Positions 1 to 15,500 are shown, numbered from the stretch's first letter. The stretch: DNA of 64,000 nucleotides from Eledone cirrhosa (GCA_964016885.1 OZ024740.1:388244001-388308000); one strand, 5' to 3'. The notes: generated by a model from the letters alone, not told the origin. Numbers and translations are program-made.

Positions 1-119
1 CGCTTTTATTATAAATGTATCATATAAGCGTGTTGCTCTTGTTACTATATACGTGCCGTATAGAAGTGGTATCTTGAACAAAATTATCCCTTGGCTGTGA
101 AGGATAAAACGCACAATGA

Positions 120-1590
120 AACAACAAAACAGCCCAACAATGTCTACTGACAAAAACACATACCGAATCGGTCGTCGCCCAGGTTAACAAGGGCTGCGTC
201 CCTCATTCGGGAATCAGCATAGCATCGAAAAGTCTGAGCTACAATGAGCTCTTCTTGAAATACGGACTTCAATGGTCACTTAAACGAAAATAATCTCATC
301 CCAGGCCCTCCAAGTTCAGCACCACAACGAAGACAAAAATTGCAACGTATAAGAAGGACTCGAAAAGAGCATAAAGAAGTGATGTACATATGTTATCACT
401 CATTGGGGAAAGCATCGGAATAAAAACAGAGTAAATTCTTTCAGGGTGTGGAAGGAAAGAAATCCACAAATGAAATCAGGCCTGAACGAAAACAAACTTG
501 GAAATGTAAGAAGAGATATTCTTAGAATGTAAGAAGAGATATTCTTAACAGATGCCGGGTTAAAGGGAATTAAGAGGAGTGTTGAGAAACCATTGAGAAT
601 ATCAATACCAGAAAATGATGGAAATGAAAATGTGACAGAGGAGATACCACGAAACATATTGACAATTAACTTACCAGGGGATATTTCATAGAACATTGAA
701 TGTATTAGAAACACAACAGAACAGGGTCAAATTGAATGACGGATTGACAGTATGTATGAGGATATTTCTACTCAAAGATCAGATAGAACAAACAAATCAT
801 GTAATTCTCAATGATCGTGGAAAAATAAAAACATTAACATGTGTGAAGAAAAGTTGAAAAATTGACAAGTTGTAACCATAGCAAAAGAACTGGAAATCAA
901 GCTGTTAGAGCAATAATTGAAGAGATGGAGCTTGATGTATCAGAATTAAATGAGTTTATTTATACAGCAACAACGGTGATGGAAAGGAAATTAGTGTTAA
1001 GAAAAAGCGAAAAAGACACAACGCTCACAAAAAACTACACTGGAAGGCAGAAATTGAGTGAGAAATTGAAATGACGTGGGAATAAATCACGATCCTGGAC
1101 GAAATAAGTGCTGGGATTCTGTCAAGTCAATGAAAGTGATTAAGAAATACAAAGTAACTTCAAAACCTGATATTTCCTCAATGAAAGAAAACTCGGATCA
1201 GAATGTACAGCTGAATGCTTAAAAAGTCAGAAGAATTGAAAAGCAAAATAGATTTTACATGAAAATTTAGCTGCTAATGTCGTATGTAAAAAGTTTTTAC
1301 TGGGAAATTGGGACACAGACAATTCAAATAAAGGAACTTCCTTCAATTCATCAAATTGTAGAACTTTGTAAAACAGTATAGAAAAATCTCATAGTTCGAA
1401 TGAAGAATGGAGAAAAAAAATGAAAGAAACCTACAATAATTTAGAATGGCAGATTTGGCAAGACATAACGATGAAAGAACTGGAGGTAGAACTAAAGTAA
1501 ACGAACAAATGGAAATCTCCTGGCATTGATAAAGTACCAAATTTTGGATATCATCTCTAATTGCTATCCATTATCTAAATCTATCAAAAG
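120..1590 (+). mobile_element. R4/Dong-clade (RLE-type) non-LTR retrotransposon, decayed 5' half
   Basis: Broken translation gives RTRKEHKEVMYICYH, FRVWKERNPQ..NENKLGNVRRDI (R4-type N-terminus) and NKWKSPGIDKVPNF at ~1500-1545 (RT domain-0 'WKAPGxD..NFW' motif). Many stops and frameshifts. Confidence 0.7.
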
Positions 1591-1591
1591 T

Positions 1592-1835
1592 CTAAAGTCT
1601 GAAAACATGCTCTTCGCTGCTGGTCACTACCACTAACGAGTGAGACATTCCAAGAAAGTATTTCTGGTGCCTGAAGAAATCAAGTCTTCCTGCCCCTGTA
1701 GTGGCATAGACTGCTACTAGTCTGAAAACATGCTCTTCGCTGCTGGTCACGTCTAGCATCACCAACTTACCCTCAGGATCATGGAAGATTGTTTGTATCT
1801 TGTGAGCCAAGCCTTTCCGAAATAACACGCTCCTG
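1592..1835 (-). mobile_element. Tx1/L1-clade LINE APE endonuclease fragment
   Basis: SVLFRKGL..IFHDPEGKLVMLDV..FRLVAVYATTGAGRLDFF. A ~30-bp internal duplication (TSSEEHVFRL twice) lies at 1598-1628 and 1720-1750. Confidence 0.7.
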
Positions 1836-2289
1836 TACAGCTTGGTGATGCGTACCCCCGAAGTTGGGTGTGAAGGCTTGTGCCTCGGATATTCTTGTCT
1901 CACTAATGGCCACAACATATGTTCAGGCCGTTGTACAGGTGACCCTGATTATAAGACAACCCCAGCCAAGTGCATTTATACGGTCAATCCTGAGAAATGA
2001 TATGTTGAATAAAGAAGAACAATGGTGAGAAAGAGGACCATCAGCCCTCCTGTAGAAGGAGGGATGTTGGTCCTTCCTCCCTGCTAGTTGAGGACACCTC
2101 CACAAGAAAGAGTATATGCATTTTGATAATGTCGTGCGAAAATATCCAATTGCGTTGGGGAATTTTGTTTTTAAAGTAGTGTATGTTTCTTGTTTGTTGT
2201 GTATGACCTGTAGGTATGTAGGCATTGTAATCTTTTTCGGGGGTGGGGGTATTGTAATACGTTTCAGTGATTGGGGTGGTGTGTTTGTA

Positions 2290-3308
2290 TAACGGTTCCG
2301 TCGTTGTGAAAGCATCTCGGGCACGTCCATCTGACCGCACTTCTGTGACTGTAGAGTTATCTCGAACCGGTAGTCTCCCTCTCCCCGGTAACACAGCCAA
2401 GCAAGCGATTTCTGGTAATTATCCATAGTTCCCGGGCTCGAAAGACCTGGTCAGTTCGATTTCATAGACACCAATAGCCTCCGCGAGAGCGTCTCGCACT
2501 TACCCACCACTAATCCTCTATAGAGGTCCAGCCTGGAATTTGCAGTGATCGCATTGTCCGACTTGTAGAGGACAGTGAATTCCTAACAACAATCCAGATG
2601 CCAGGTGCCCAGTCTAGATCTGTTCCTGACCCAGGACTGCAGCTCAGTCAAAGAGACTAGCTGCGACAACATCTGTTTGCCGTTTAAGAATATCTGAAGA
2701 TACCGTAGCTTCAGTGCATGTTTGAGCAACATCAGCGATGGCATACCCAGTCCTCTGCGTTAAAGGTGCTGCCAGTAGATCGACCTCCTCACCAATGGAA
2801 CCTGTCCCTTTCACAATAAGTTGAAGAACTGGGGATACGCCCGTTCTGCTGCCAGTTGCTGTAGTCGGCTTCCAGGAGATCGGGGAACAATTCTGGCATA
2901 TCTACCTCTAAGATGCCGTTCCAGGTCCCTGCTAACATTAAAGGGCTAGACGTTCCTACAAAGGCTTCCAGGCACCTAAAGAAGTCTGGCCGTCAGGTCA
3001 TCAGTTTAAAGGCATACCTTCGCTATTGTCCACATCCAGGACCACCAACTTACTGTCCGGTTTCCAGAAGATCAACTTTACCTCGAGATCCAGATCTTAC
3101 TTAAACAACACTGCCACCCCACCACCCATTCGTGGCCGACTAAGAGATGCGAAAATCTGATAGTCCTCAAAAGTGAGGATTAGTGTGCGTGTATTGAAAT
3201 CCTGGTCTCGCTGATGGCTGTCACATCCATATCTAGTGACCTGTGACCCTGATTTCAGGGCAACTCCAGGCCACGAACATTTATGCAATCCACTCTCAAG
3301 TTTGCCAT
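2290..3308 (-). mobile_element. Tx1/L1-clade LINE ORF2, internally deleted pseudo-copy (APE, RT remnants, C-terminal zinc finger)
   Basis: Minus strand reads MANLRVDCINVRGL (ATG at 3308), GGGVAVLFK, KLVVLDV, LAGTWNGIL (APE); YSNWQQNGRIP; RGLGMPSLMLLKHALKLRYL; DNYQKSLAWLCYRG..LPVRD..TCPRC (zf-RVT-like). Confidence 0.75.
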
Positions 3309-3974
3309 GTAGGCTGGCTGATCAAGAGAAAAAAAGAGGGATTACTTACCCACCGTATAATCGTGGAGGTTAGGTGGTTTAACCTCCAAGTTAGGTGGGT
3401 GTCCCTTTGGGAATCCCTTCAAATGTCTGCTGGTTAGTCATACGTTGTGGGCTCCTACGACGCAAGGAAATCTGTCCTTAATTATCTTATATGGATCTAA
3501 CGACATTCTAACCTTCATTAAGTTTTTCTCTAAATTTGCTGGTGTCAAACATCTTACCCAACTTCTCGATTTTTTTGATTCGTGCTATGAGGCGCAACAG
3601 GTTTTCGTTGGCCCTCACTAGCACGACGTTTTCTGTTCTTTGTTATTGTGGTTGAGCTAGTTTTTGTTTGGTTGATTGTGGTGGCGTTGGTGAAGTTGTA
3701 GTTGTGGATGTGTCTGTGAATGTTGTATGTATGGTGTTTGAGGACTTTTCCTTTTTCATTTGTTTGCGCTTTTTTTTCGCTTTTAGCTCTTTTTGGTACG
3801 TGAGTGTGCAAGTCAAGGTTTCTGTGTTGCTTTCAGATGTATCTGAGTTTGACCTTGTATGGTTGCTGAAGTGTGCATTTGTTTGGGGACGGTGAGGTAG
3901 AATTGGAAACCTTTTCTTATCTCCCGCTTGGGTTGATTCTGTGCTGTATATAAACATTTAGCACCAGTAGAGTA

Positions 3975-4300
3975 TAAATTAGCCACCGAAGCTAATAGAC
4001 CGGATATTCTTGTAAAAGACTAAAATAGCAATGTATATGTATTGATTCATATGAGTATCCCATGTGATCATAATATTGCCGTCAAAGAATCTAACAAGCT
4101 TAGAAAATATAAAGACTTGCAGATTGGAATTAAAAAATGTAGTTTTTTCAAGGCGATCACAATACCAGGAATTGTTGAAACATTAAGAATGATAAAAAAA
4201 AAAGGAACAGATAATCTTTTTAGAATGATCCCCCAGTACAAGAAGTGTAAAAATATGTTTTACCTGGTACGGCACACGTATTGAGAAAAGCAATGTCGCT
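3975..4300 (+). mobile_element. R4-clade restriction-like endonuclease (RLE) domain remnant, likely the 3' end of the element at 120-1590
   Basis: NRPDILVKD*..VLIHMSIPCDHNIAVKESNKLRKYKDLQIGIKK..TIPGIVETL matches the PD-(D/E)xK RLE motif RPD..D...KE.EK..KY.DL. Confidence 0.8.
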
Positions 4301-4899
4301 GAGAGAATGATAATCATCTATGTAATATTTTAAAATTACTTTATTAGATAAAACGTTTTATTAATAAAAAATATTATTTTTTAAATCACAAAGAAATGTA
4401 TTTCAAATAACAAGACTACAGATGTTTAAAAATGGAAAATGAAGGGAAGAGCAAGGAATTCCATAATTATATAAATTGAAAATAATTGAGCACTCTTACA
4501 TGATTGAATATATGTTATAAATATTTTAAACTGATAATGTGCACATGTATAAAGCAAATGATATACTTGTACTGTGAACAATCTAGCGTGGTTATTTTGT
4601 GGTAAACAGTGATTTTATGTACTGATGTAAACAGTGATTGTATGTGTCCTAGGTGTCGGGAAGACCCTTAGCAAGAAATGGAAATAAAACTGAAGGAAGA
4701 GGAAAAGCACGAAAAATAGGAATACGCCTCCAAGAACCAAGTGATTGGAGACAATAAGACCACTATAAACAACACAATGGAGCTCTATTTCTGGTAAAGG
4801 GAAAGAGAAAATCACAAAACGAAAGCACTAGATATAACAATGGATGTTATAATTATTAATGACAAAAATTCAAAACAATATGTAGTTTCAAAGCTTTCC

Positions 4900-6711
4900 C
4901 CACATAGAAGGGATTGTACCTTATAGTAATTCTACAGAATACTGCACAAGAAACCCCGGATTAACCTATCACTTTAAGCACATTGAAACTGTCTTCTCTC
5001 GTTTAGTGGTCAGAAACTATCAAGAGAGCTGGACAAAAGAAGGTCTTCAGAGAAGAAAACCCTCCAAACATTGTTTTCGGCCCTATCTCACCACTCTCTC
5101 ACATTCCATAATACATGTAAATAGGCAACAACTCCGTCTCTTGGTACATGAAAATGTGATGAAGATTTGTTTAGAAGAGAAGATTCCTTTTTTCTAAACT
5201 GTTAAATGTTACAGTTAGCTTTGCCAAAGCTATCTGGCAGTGGATGGCTTGCAGAGATTACTAAAAAAAGGTAGCAGTTCAAATTTCATCACAGCTTTCA
5301 AATTTAGCTAAACTACCTAGCCGTAGGAACACGTGCAACCCCGTAGTTAGTACTAACTGTAATTGTAGGAATCGGGTTGATTGCCCCCTATCCGGGAAAT
5401 TCCTCCCTAGTAACATTGTCTACACATGTAAGGTTGAAACACCCACGTCCCGTAGGGCCTACATAGTGTTAACCGCCAATAGATTCAAGCAGCGTCTTTA
5501 CATGCATACCCATTCTTTTCGTTATGCTCTAAGAAGGAATATGACGTGACTTTCAGCTTATATCTGGAGTCTAAAAGGCCCTCGAAATACTCTACGCCAC
5601 AGACCACATCTTAAACAAAAATCTGAGGCAATTTCGGCTTGTAAACATAAATTACACAAACCTTTCCTGTATTACAGCCCCACATTATACCCTAACGGAT
5701 AGTACAATCTATACGTGGATATTTTACGTCTTGATGTGGTAGCTAAGTATATGTTATGTTTATACCATTAATTATTTGCATAGGTAAGTATATATTACCC
5801 GTATGTTTTGTGAAGGTACGTATACTTTCTTGTACGTATATTTGATTGTATATGTTATGGCGTATAATTTTATATATTCTGGTACATATGGTTTTGTTAT
5901 GTGTATACGGGAGTTTTACGTCTGTGTGAGTATGCGGGTTCGTACGTATGTAGGGTGTGTGTATATGTGTACTTCATGTTTTGGTTGACGTTGTATCGGA
6001 ACATTTGTGTATTTACATGTAGGTATGTGTGTGCGCTTGTTATATACGTATTTATTTATTTATATACGTTTATTTAATTATTTATTTATTTGTAAACACG
6101 CACACACACACACACACATATTTATATGTGCGTGGTTTTGTATACCCTTGTCAAGTGTTTTCGCGTATGCTTGTGTAAGTACGTATTTGCATGCGTGTAT
6201 GTATTTATTTAATTTCTATTACCTCTGTATTGTATTTTATTTACTTTATTCTTAACTCTGAAGCGGAGATTCATTCGGTTTCCTAGTTCGAATTTTAGTC
6301 TACGACTTCAGCTATACCATTTACGTGGTTTTGTCTTTGCGTGCAATTGTTCTCCACGCTCCACATATGACGTATTATCTTCGTTTTTTCCGTTCATTGT
6401 CAGAGAACGTCTCTATGAACCACCTAAAAGAACATTAGTCTACGACTTCTTTTATACCATAAACGTGGTTCTGTCTTTGCGCGTAATTGTTTTTCACCGC
6501 TCCTATTAATGACGTATTATATTCGTTTTTTCCCGTTCTTTGCCAGGGAACGTTTCCACGAACCAAAGTATCGTCTTCCTGTCTTCCTCCGGTTGCAACG
6601 TTTTTTTAAATATCCACTTCTGCGTTTACAGATTGACTTTGTTAGTTTCAGAAGATCCCGTTAAGGGTGAAAGCAGCGATTCTTTGCTTAAACCTTAATC
6701 TTTTATTTTAT

Positions 6712-6715
<4 letters not shown>
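4900..6715 (+). mobile_element. Penelope-like element: decayed RT end, GIY-YIG endonuclease, and 3' pseudo-LTR with HHR
   Basis: 5352-5575 translates TNCNCRNRVDCPLSG..NIVYTCKV..AYIVLTANRFKQRLYMHTHSF..LSAYIWSLK, then SEAISACKH. The 3' region has a ~140-bp tandem duplication (6295-6570) and an HHR motif at 6645. Confidence 0.8.
6645..6693 (+). ncRNA. Type I hammerhead motif with U4->A core change
   Basis: GTTT-CAGAAGA-tCCC gttaa GGGt-GAAA-GCA..TGC-TT-AAAC. The paralogue at 61453-61505 also has CAGAAGA. Confidence 0.55.
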
Positions 6716-7036
<321 letters not shown>

Positions 7037-7049
7037 GTATATGTATGTA

Positions 7050-7094
<45 letters not shown>

Positions 7095-7121
7095 GTGTGT
7101 GTGTATATATATATATATATG

Positions 7122-7242
7122 TGAAGGCATGTGGCTGAGTGGTTAGAGGATTGGATTCACAATCCTGAGGTTGCGAGTTCGATTCCTGGACTAGGCGATA
7201 CGTTATGTCCTTGAGCAAGACACTTTATTTCACGTTGTTCTT
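7122..7242 (+). mobile_element. tRNA-derived SINE head, 3'-truncated
   Basis: Pol III A box TGGCTGAGTGG (7132-7142) and B box GAGTTCGATTCC (7175-7186), followed by the SINE body motif TGTCCTTGAGCAAGACACTT. Confidence 0.8.
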
Positions 7243-7619
7243 TCTACCTGGAGTTGCGACCGATAGATAGTACTAGCAACTGGAAAGATCGACGAAAACA
7301 TTGTTTCCCCGGTCCGATTTGACGAACGACGATCGATCCTTTATATATATATAATGAATAGCACAGAATCCTTGTGTTAATCTTATATATAAGATTCATT
7401 GTAGTGGTAAGAATCTCTCAGAGCTGAACAACAGAAGGTCTACAAAGAAAAATCCCCCACCCTACTCAAGCATGTGTTTTTCTCCTTAACATCTAGACAA
7501 GTTTATGCTCTACGAGCATAATCATTTGTAAAAGCTTAAAACACGAATACATATATGTAGGACTAATTAACAATAAGTTAACCTGGTCATTTATATCTAT
7601 TTGACAAGTGTGCCTAGTA

Positions 7620-7990
7620 ATAACCATGATTTTCAATTTTGACACAAATTTAGGTGGTTACGGAAAATCGAGTATATCAACCTCAATACGTGACTGGTAA
7701 TTTATTTTATCAGCCTCTGAAGGATGAAAAGCATATGGACTGTGGCGGGGTTTGAACTCAGAACGTAAATAACTAGAACAAATACTGCAACTCCATTGCC
7801 ACTTTGTCAAATAATAATGGTTTCGGATTTAGTTACAAGGGCATCAATTTGGGGAGATGAAATCGACCCTAGTGCGTTAATAATACTTTATTTTATCGAC
7901 CCCGTTAATATAAAAGGCAAAGCTAACGCCGATTGTATTTGAATTCATAACGTAAATAACCAGAAGAAAATTCTGCAATTCTGCTGCCAC
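7620..7990 (-). mobile_element. Two adjacent diverged Nin/Deu-domain-like SINE copies
   Basis: Reverse complement of GTTCAAA..GCCTTTCATCCTT..GGGTCGATAAAATAAAGTACCAG occurs twice (~7620-7800 and ~7810-7990). Confidence 0.7.
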
Positions 7991-8323
7991 TACGTCAAAC
8001 AACAATAACTATAAAACAATGAAAATGTAAAGCTACAAAATAAAATGACGCAAATCCCATGATTCGAAATTTATAACGCATTTCTCTATATTCGGCATTT
8101 GCAACACATTAACATTTTAAACGTTCCTCACAGTTTATTGTTGACTACGAAAATTGAATTCTGTAGATTGTTATCAGGAACTCACATACACTCAGTTAAC
8201 TTTAAACCTGCTCAGCAAGACATATCAAATCACTTAATACATGGGTTTCCTGGTGTTTTATTTTTTTGCGAACTTTGTTCACATTACATTTCCTACCGTA
8301 GCACCCCCATATATACATAGACA

Positions 8324-8365
<42 letters not shown>

Positions 8366-8662
8366 AAATAGAGGCAGCAAAATTACACAGTTATATTAGA
8401 TTCACGTTTGGAGAAAGTGGAGGAGGGTTCAAGGTCTCGGACATAACTTAAGAAAAGAGGGTTGGGAGGAGAAAGATAGGTAGGGGTAGGTAGACAAAAG
8501 GTCCGGTTTGGTGTGTGTGTTGGGGGAGGGGGGGGGGGGGGTACGGGTTTGTCATGGGTATGGTTCTGTGTTTGTGTGCCGAAGGGAAGAAATTAGTAGA
8601 GGTGCGTGGCTTATATATGTATGTATATGTATATATATATATATATAGACATACATACTCAT

Positions 8663-8707
<45 letters not shown>

Positions 8708-8720
8708 CGGAACAAAAGCC

Positions 8721-8918
8721 CTACCCAAGGTTTCAAGGTTCAAATTTGACCGTACCTCCTGAATACAAGAGGTGACGCATTTGTGACCTTTCTTCAGGCG
8801 CTTATTTGAGTTTATAAGATCTTATAGACTCGATTAAGCGCCTGAATTAAGGTAACAAATTTGATACCTCCTGTATTCTGGGAGTACGATCGAATTTAGG
8901 TCCGGAAACCTTGGGTAG
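8721..8918. mobile_element. Foldback MITE-like element (~198 bp imperfect palindrome)
   Basis: Perfect 14-bp termini CTACCCAAGGTTTC / GAAACCTTGGGTAG. Imperfect pairing continues to the central palindrome TATAAGATCTTATA (8813-8826). Confidence 0.75.
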
Positions 8919-8973
<55 letters not shown>

Positions 8974-9588
8974 TGTGTGTGTATACAGGCTTGATTGTTT
9001 ACTGAAATAAACTGTTGTCAGTGTGTGGAGTTTACGACTCTGCATACATATAAATCACGAGAGTTTTAATAAAAGGAAAGTCGAAAGTACAAAACCAGGA
9101 TGATAAAATGAAATTTTAAAACGTTACCTTAACAGACATGTAAAATTCCATCGAGTGTCAACTAAAAGGTTTAGCTTGTAACTATTGACACCTAGACCAC
9201 ACGTTCACACATAATACTCTATGGGTCTGTCGATCTTCTAGAAATGATAAGCAATTGTACCTCAAATCAAACACCATCGTCTTAGAAATGAAAAAGATAC
9301 ATTGATATTTCTAAACTTAAGATGTAGACGTAAGTGTATCGATCAGGTTTGACGTAATGTTCAACAACAAAATCCAATAAGCATCAATACATCGGGAAGA
9401 ACCCTAGCATAACCATAAACTATCCAAATATGATCATCATGCTCAATGATAGCCATCACATCATCATCAGCACCAGTATTATCCTCACAATAATCATTAA
9501 CGAAATCGCCATCATCGTTATCATTGTCAATATTAATGCCAGTATCAACAAAACCATTACCAACAACAATACGTCACCACTAACACCG

Positions 9589-12500
9589 CTAGCACCACCA
9601 TCACAACCCTACCACCACCCCCATTATCATCACAACCCTACCACCACCCTCATTATCATCACAACCCTACCACCACCCTCATTATCATCACAACCCTACC
9701 ACCACCCTCATTATCATCACAACCCTACCACCACCCTCATCATCACCACAACACTACCACCACCCTCATTATCACCATAACACTACCACCACCCTCATTA
9801 TCATCACAACCCTACCACCACCCTCATTATCATCACAACCCTACCACCACCCTCATTATCACCATAACACTACCACCACCCTCATTATCACCATAACACT
9901 ACCACCACCCTCATTATCACCACAACCCTACCACCACCCTCATTATCACCATAACACTACCACCACCCTCATTATCACCATAACACTACCACCACCCTCA
10001 TTATCACCATAACACTACCACCACCCTCATTATCACCATAACACCACCACCACCCTCATTATCACCACAACCCTACCACCACCCTCATCATTACCATAAC
10101 ACTACCACCACCCTCATTATCATCACAACCCTACCACCACCCTCATCATAACCATAACACTACCACCACCCTCATTATCACCACAACACTACCACCACCC
10201 TCATTATCACCACAACACTACCACCACCCTCATCACCATAACACTACCACCACCCTCATTATCACCACAACACTACCACCACCCTCATTATCACCATAAC
10301 ACTACCACCACCCTCATTATCACCATAACACTACCACCACCCTCATTATCACCACAACACTACCACCACCCTCATCACCATAACACTACCACCACCCTCA
10401 TTATCACCACAACACTACCACCACCCTCATTATCACCACAACCCTACCACCACCCTCATTATCACCATAACACTACCACCACCCTCATCATCACCATAAC
10501 ACTACCACCACCCTCATTATCACCACAACACTACCACCACCCTCATCACCATAACACTACCACCACCCTCATTATCACCACAACACTACCACCACCCTCA
10601 TTATCACCACAACACTACCACCACCCTCATTATCACCATAACACTACCACCACCCTCATTATCACCACAACCCTACCACCACCCTCATCATTACCATAAC
10701 ACTACCACCACCCTCATTATCATCACAACCCTACCACCACCCTCATCATAACCATAACACTACCACCACCCTCATTATCACCATAACACCACCACCACCC
10801 TCATTATCACCACAACACTACCACCACCCTCATCACCATAACACTACCACCACCCTCATTATCACCACAACACTACCACCACCCTCATCATAACCATAAC
10901 ACTACCACCACCCTCATTATCACCATAACACTACCACCACCCTCATTATCACCACAACACTACCACCACCCTCATTATCACCATAACACTACCACCACCC
11001 TCATTATCACCACAACACTACCACCACCCTCATTATCACCACAACACTACCACCACCCTCATTATCACCACAACCCTACCACCACCCTCATTATCACCAC
11101 AACACTACCACCACCCTCATTATCACCACAACACTACCACCACCATCATTATCACCACAACACTACCACCACCCTCATTATCACCACAACCCTACCACCA
11201 CCCTCATTATCACCATAACACTACCACCACCCTCATTATCATCACAACCCTACCACCAACCTCATCATCACCATAACACTACCACCACCCTCATTATCAT
11301 CACAACCCTACCACCACCCTCATCATAACCATAACACTACCACCACCCTCATTATCATCACAACCCTACCACCACCCTCATTATCACCATAACACTACCA
11401 CCACCCTCATTATCACTACAACACTACCACCACCCTCATTATCACCATAACACTACCACCACCCTCATTATCATCACAACCCTACCACCACCCTTATTAT
11501 CACCACAACACTACCACCACCTTCATCATCGCCACAACCCTACCACCACCCTCATTATCACCACAACACTACCACCACCCTCATTATCACCACAACCCTA
11601 CCACCATCTTCATTATCACCACAACACTACCACCACCCTCATTATCACCACAACACTACCACCACCCTCATTATCACCACAACACTACCACCACCCTCAT
11701 TATCACCACAACACTACCACCACCCTCATTATCACCACAACACTACCACCACCCTCATTATCATCACAACACTACCACCACCCTCATTATCACCACAACA
11801 CTACCACCACCCTCATTATCACCACAACACTACCACCACCCTCATTATCACCACAACACTACCACCACCCTCCTTATCATCACAACACTACCACCACCCT
11901 CATTATCACCACAACACTACCACCACCCTCATTATCATCACAACACTACCACCACCCTCATTATCACCACAACACTACCACCACCCTCATTATCACCACA
12001 ACACTACCACCACCCTCATTATCACCACAACACTACCACCACCCTCATTATCACCACAACACTACCACCACCCTCATTATCATCACAACACTACCACCAC
12101 CCTCATTATCACCACAACACTACCACCACCCTCATTATCACCACAACACTACCACCACCCTCATTATCACCACAACACTACCACCACCCTCATTATCATC
12201 ACAACACTGCCACCACCCTCATTATCACCATAACACTACCACCACCCTCATTATCACCACAACACTACCACCACCCTCATTATCACCACAACACTACCAC
12301 CACCCTCATTATCACCACAACACTACCACCACCCTCATTATCACCACAACACTACCACCACCCTCATCACCATAACACTGCCACCACCCTCATTATCACC
12401 ACAACCCTACCACCACCCTCATTATCACCACAACACTACCACCACCCTCATTATCACCATAACACTACCACCACCCTCATTATCACCATAACACTACCAC

Positions 12501-15500
12501 CACCCTCATTATCACAACACTACCACCACCCTCATTATCACCATAACACTACCACCACCCTCATTATCACAACACTACCACCACCCTCATTATCACCACA
12601 ACACTACCACCACCCTCATTATCACCATAACACTACCACCACCCTCATTATCACCACAACACTACCACCACCCTCATTATCACCATAACACTACCACCAC
12701 CCTCATTATCACCATAACACTACCACCACCCTCATCACCATAACACTGCCACCACCCTCATTATCACCATAACACTACCACCACCCTCATTATCACCACA
12801 ACACTACCACCACCCTCATTATCACCACAACACTACCACCACCCTCATTATCACCATAACACTACCACCACCCTCATTATCACCACAACACTACCACCAC
12901 CCTCATTATCATCACAACACTACCACCACCCTCATTATCACCATAACACTACCACCACCCTCATTATCACCACAACACTACCACCACCCTCATTATCATC
13001 ACAACACTACCACCACCCTCATTATCACCATAACACTACCACCACCCTCATTATCACCACAACACTACCACCACCCTCATTATCACCACAACACTACCAC
13101 CACCCTCATTATCATCACAACACTACCACCACCCTCATTATCACCATAACACTACCACCACCCTCATTATCACCACAACACTACCACCACCCTCATTATC
13201 ACCACAACACTGCCACCACCCTCATTATCACCATAACACTACCACCACCCTCATTATCACCATAACACTACCACCACCCTCATTATCACCACAACACTAC
13301 CACCACCCTCATTATCACCACAACACTACCACCACCCTCATTATCATCACAACACTACCACCACCCTCATTATCACCATAACACTACCACCACCCTCATT
13401 ATCACCACAACACTACCACCACCCTCATTATCACCACAACACTGCCACCACCCTCATTATCACCATAACCCTACCACCACCCTCATTATCACCATAACAC
13501 TACCACCACCCTCATTATCACAACACTACCACCACCCTCATTATCATCACAACCCTACCACCACCCTCATTATCACCACAACACTACCACCACCCTCATT
13601 ATCACCACAACACTACCACCACCCTCATTATCACCACAACACTACCACCACCCTCATTATCACCACAACACTACCACCACCCTCATTATCACCACAACAC
13701 TACCACCACCCTCATTATCACCAAAACACTACCACCACCCTCATTATCACCACAACACTACCACCACCCTCATCACCATAACACTGCCACCACCCTCATT
13801 ATCACCATAACACTACCACCACCCTCCTTATCACCACAACACTACCACCACCCTCATCACCATTACACTGCCACCACCCTCATTATCACCACAACACTAC
13901 CACCACCCTCATTATCACCACAACACTACCACCACCCTCATCACCATAACACTACCACCACCCTCATCACCATAACACTACCACCACCCTCATCACCACA
14001 ACCCTACCACCACCCTCATTATCACCACAACACTACCACCACCCTCATTATCACCACAACACTACCACCACCCTCATTATCATCACAACACTACCACCAC
14101 CCTCATTATCATCACAACACTACCACCACCCTCATTATCACCATAACACTACCACCACCCTCATTATCACAACACTACCACCACCCTCATTATCATCACA
14201 ACACTACCACCACCCTCATCACCATAACACTGCCACCACCCTCATTATCACCATAACACTACCACCACCCTCATTATCACCACAACACGACCACCACCCT
14301 CATTATCACCACAACACTACCACCACCCTCATTATCACCACAACACTACCACCACCCTCATTATCACCACAACACTACCACCACCCTCATTATCACCACA
14401 ACACTACCACCACCCTCATTATCACCACAACACTACCACCACCCTCATTATCACCACAACACTACCACCACCCTCATTATCACCACAACACTACCACCAC
14501 CCTCATTATCACCACAACACTACCACCACCCTCATCACCATAACACTGCCACCACCCTCATTATCACCACAACACTACCACCACCCTCATTATCACCACA
14601 ACACTACCACCACCCTCATCACCATAACACTACCACCACCCTCATCACCATAACACTACCACCACCCTCATCACCACAACCCTACCACCACCCTCATTAT
14701 CACCACAACACTACCACCACCCTCATTATCACCACAACACTACCACCACCCTCATTATCATCACAACACTACCACCACCCTCATTATCATCACAACACTA
14801 CCACCACCCTCGTTATCACCATAACACTACCACCACCCTCATTATCACAACACTACCACCACCCTCATTATCATCACAACCCTACCACCACCCTCATTAT
14901 CACCACAACACTACCACCACCCTCATTATCACCACAACACTACCACCACCCTCATTATCACCATAACACTACCACCACCCTCATTATCACCATAACACTA
15001 CCACCACCCTCATTATCACCATAACACTGCCACCACCCTCATTATCATCACAACACTACCACCACCCTCATTATCACCATAACACTACCACCACCCTCAT
15101 TATCACCACAACACTACCACCACCCTCATTATCACCATAACACTACCACCACCCTCATCACCATAACACTACCACCACCCTCATTATCACCATAACACTG
15201 CCACCACCCTCATTATCATCACAACACTACCACCACCCTCATTATCAGCATAACACTACCACCACCCTCATTATCACCACAACACTACCACCACCCTCAT
15301 TATCACCATAACACTACCACCACCCTCATTATCACCACAACACTACCACCACCCTCATTATCACCATAACACTACCACCACCCTCATTATCACCACAACA
15401 CTACCACCACCCTCATTATCACCACAACACTACCACCACCCTCATCACCATAACACTACCACCACCCTCATTATCACCATAACACTGCCACCACCCTCAT

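Noticed and set aside
2035-2074. Hairpin GGACCA..CCCTCCT gtaga AGGAGGG..TGGTCC with CTGATG on the minus strand
   Set aside because: No GAAA or stem III, so not a hammerhead; probably a LINE UTR stem-loop.
3554-3957. Lys/Thr-rich minus-strand ORFs
   Set aside because: Possibly a LINE ORF1 remnant, but low complexity and without a diagnostic motif.
7125-7195. tRNA gene
   Set aside because: No good acceptor stem, and it runs directly into SINE body sequence.
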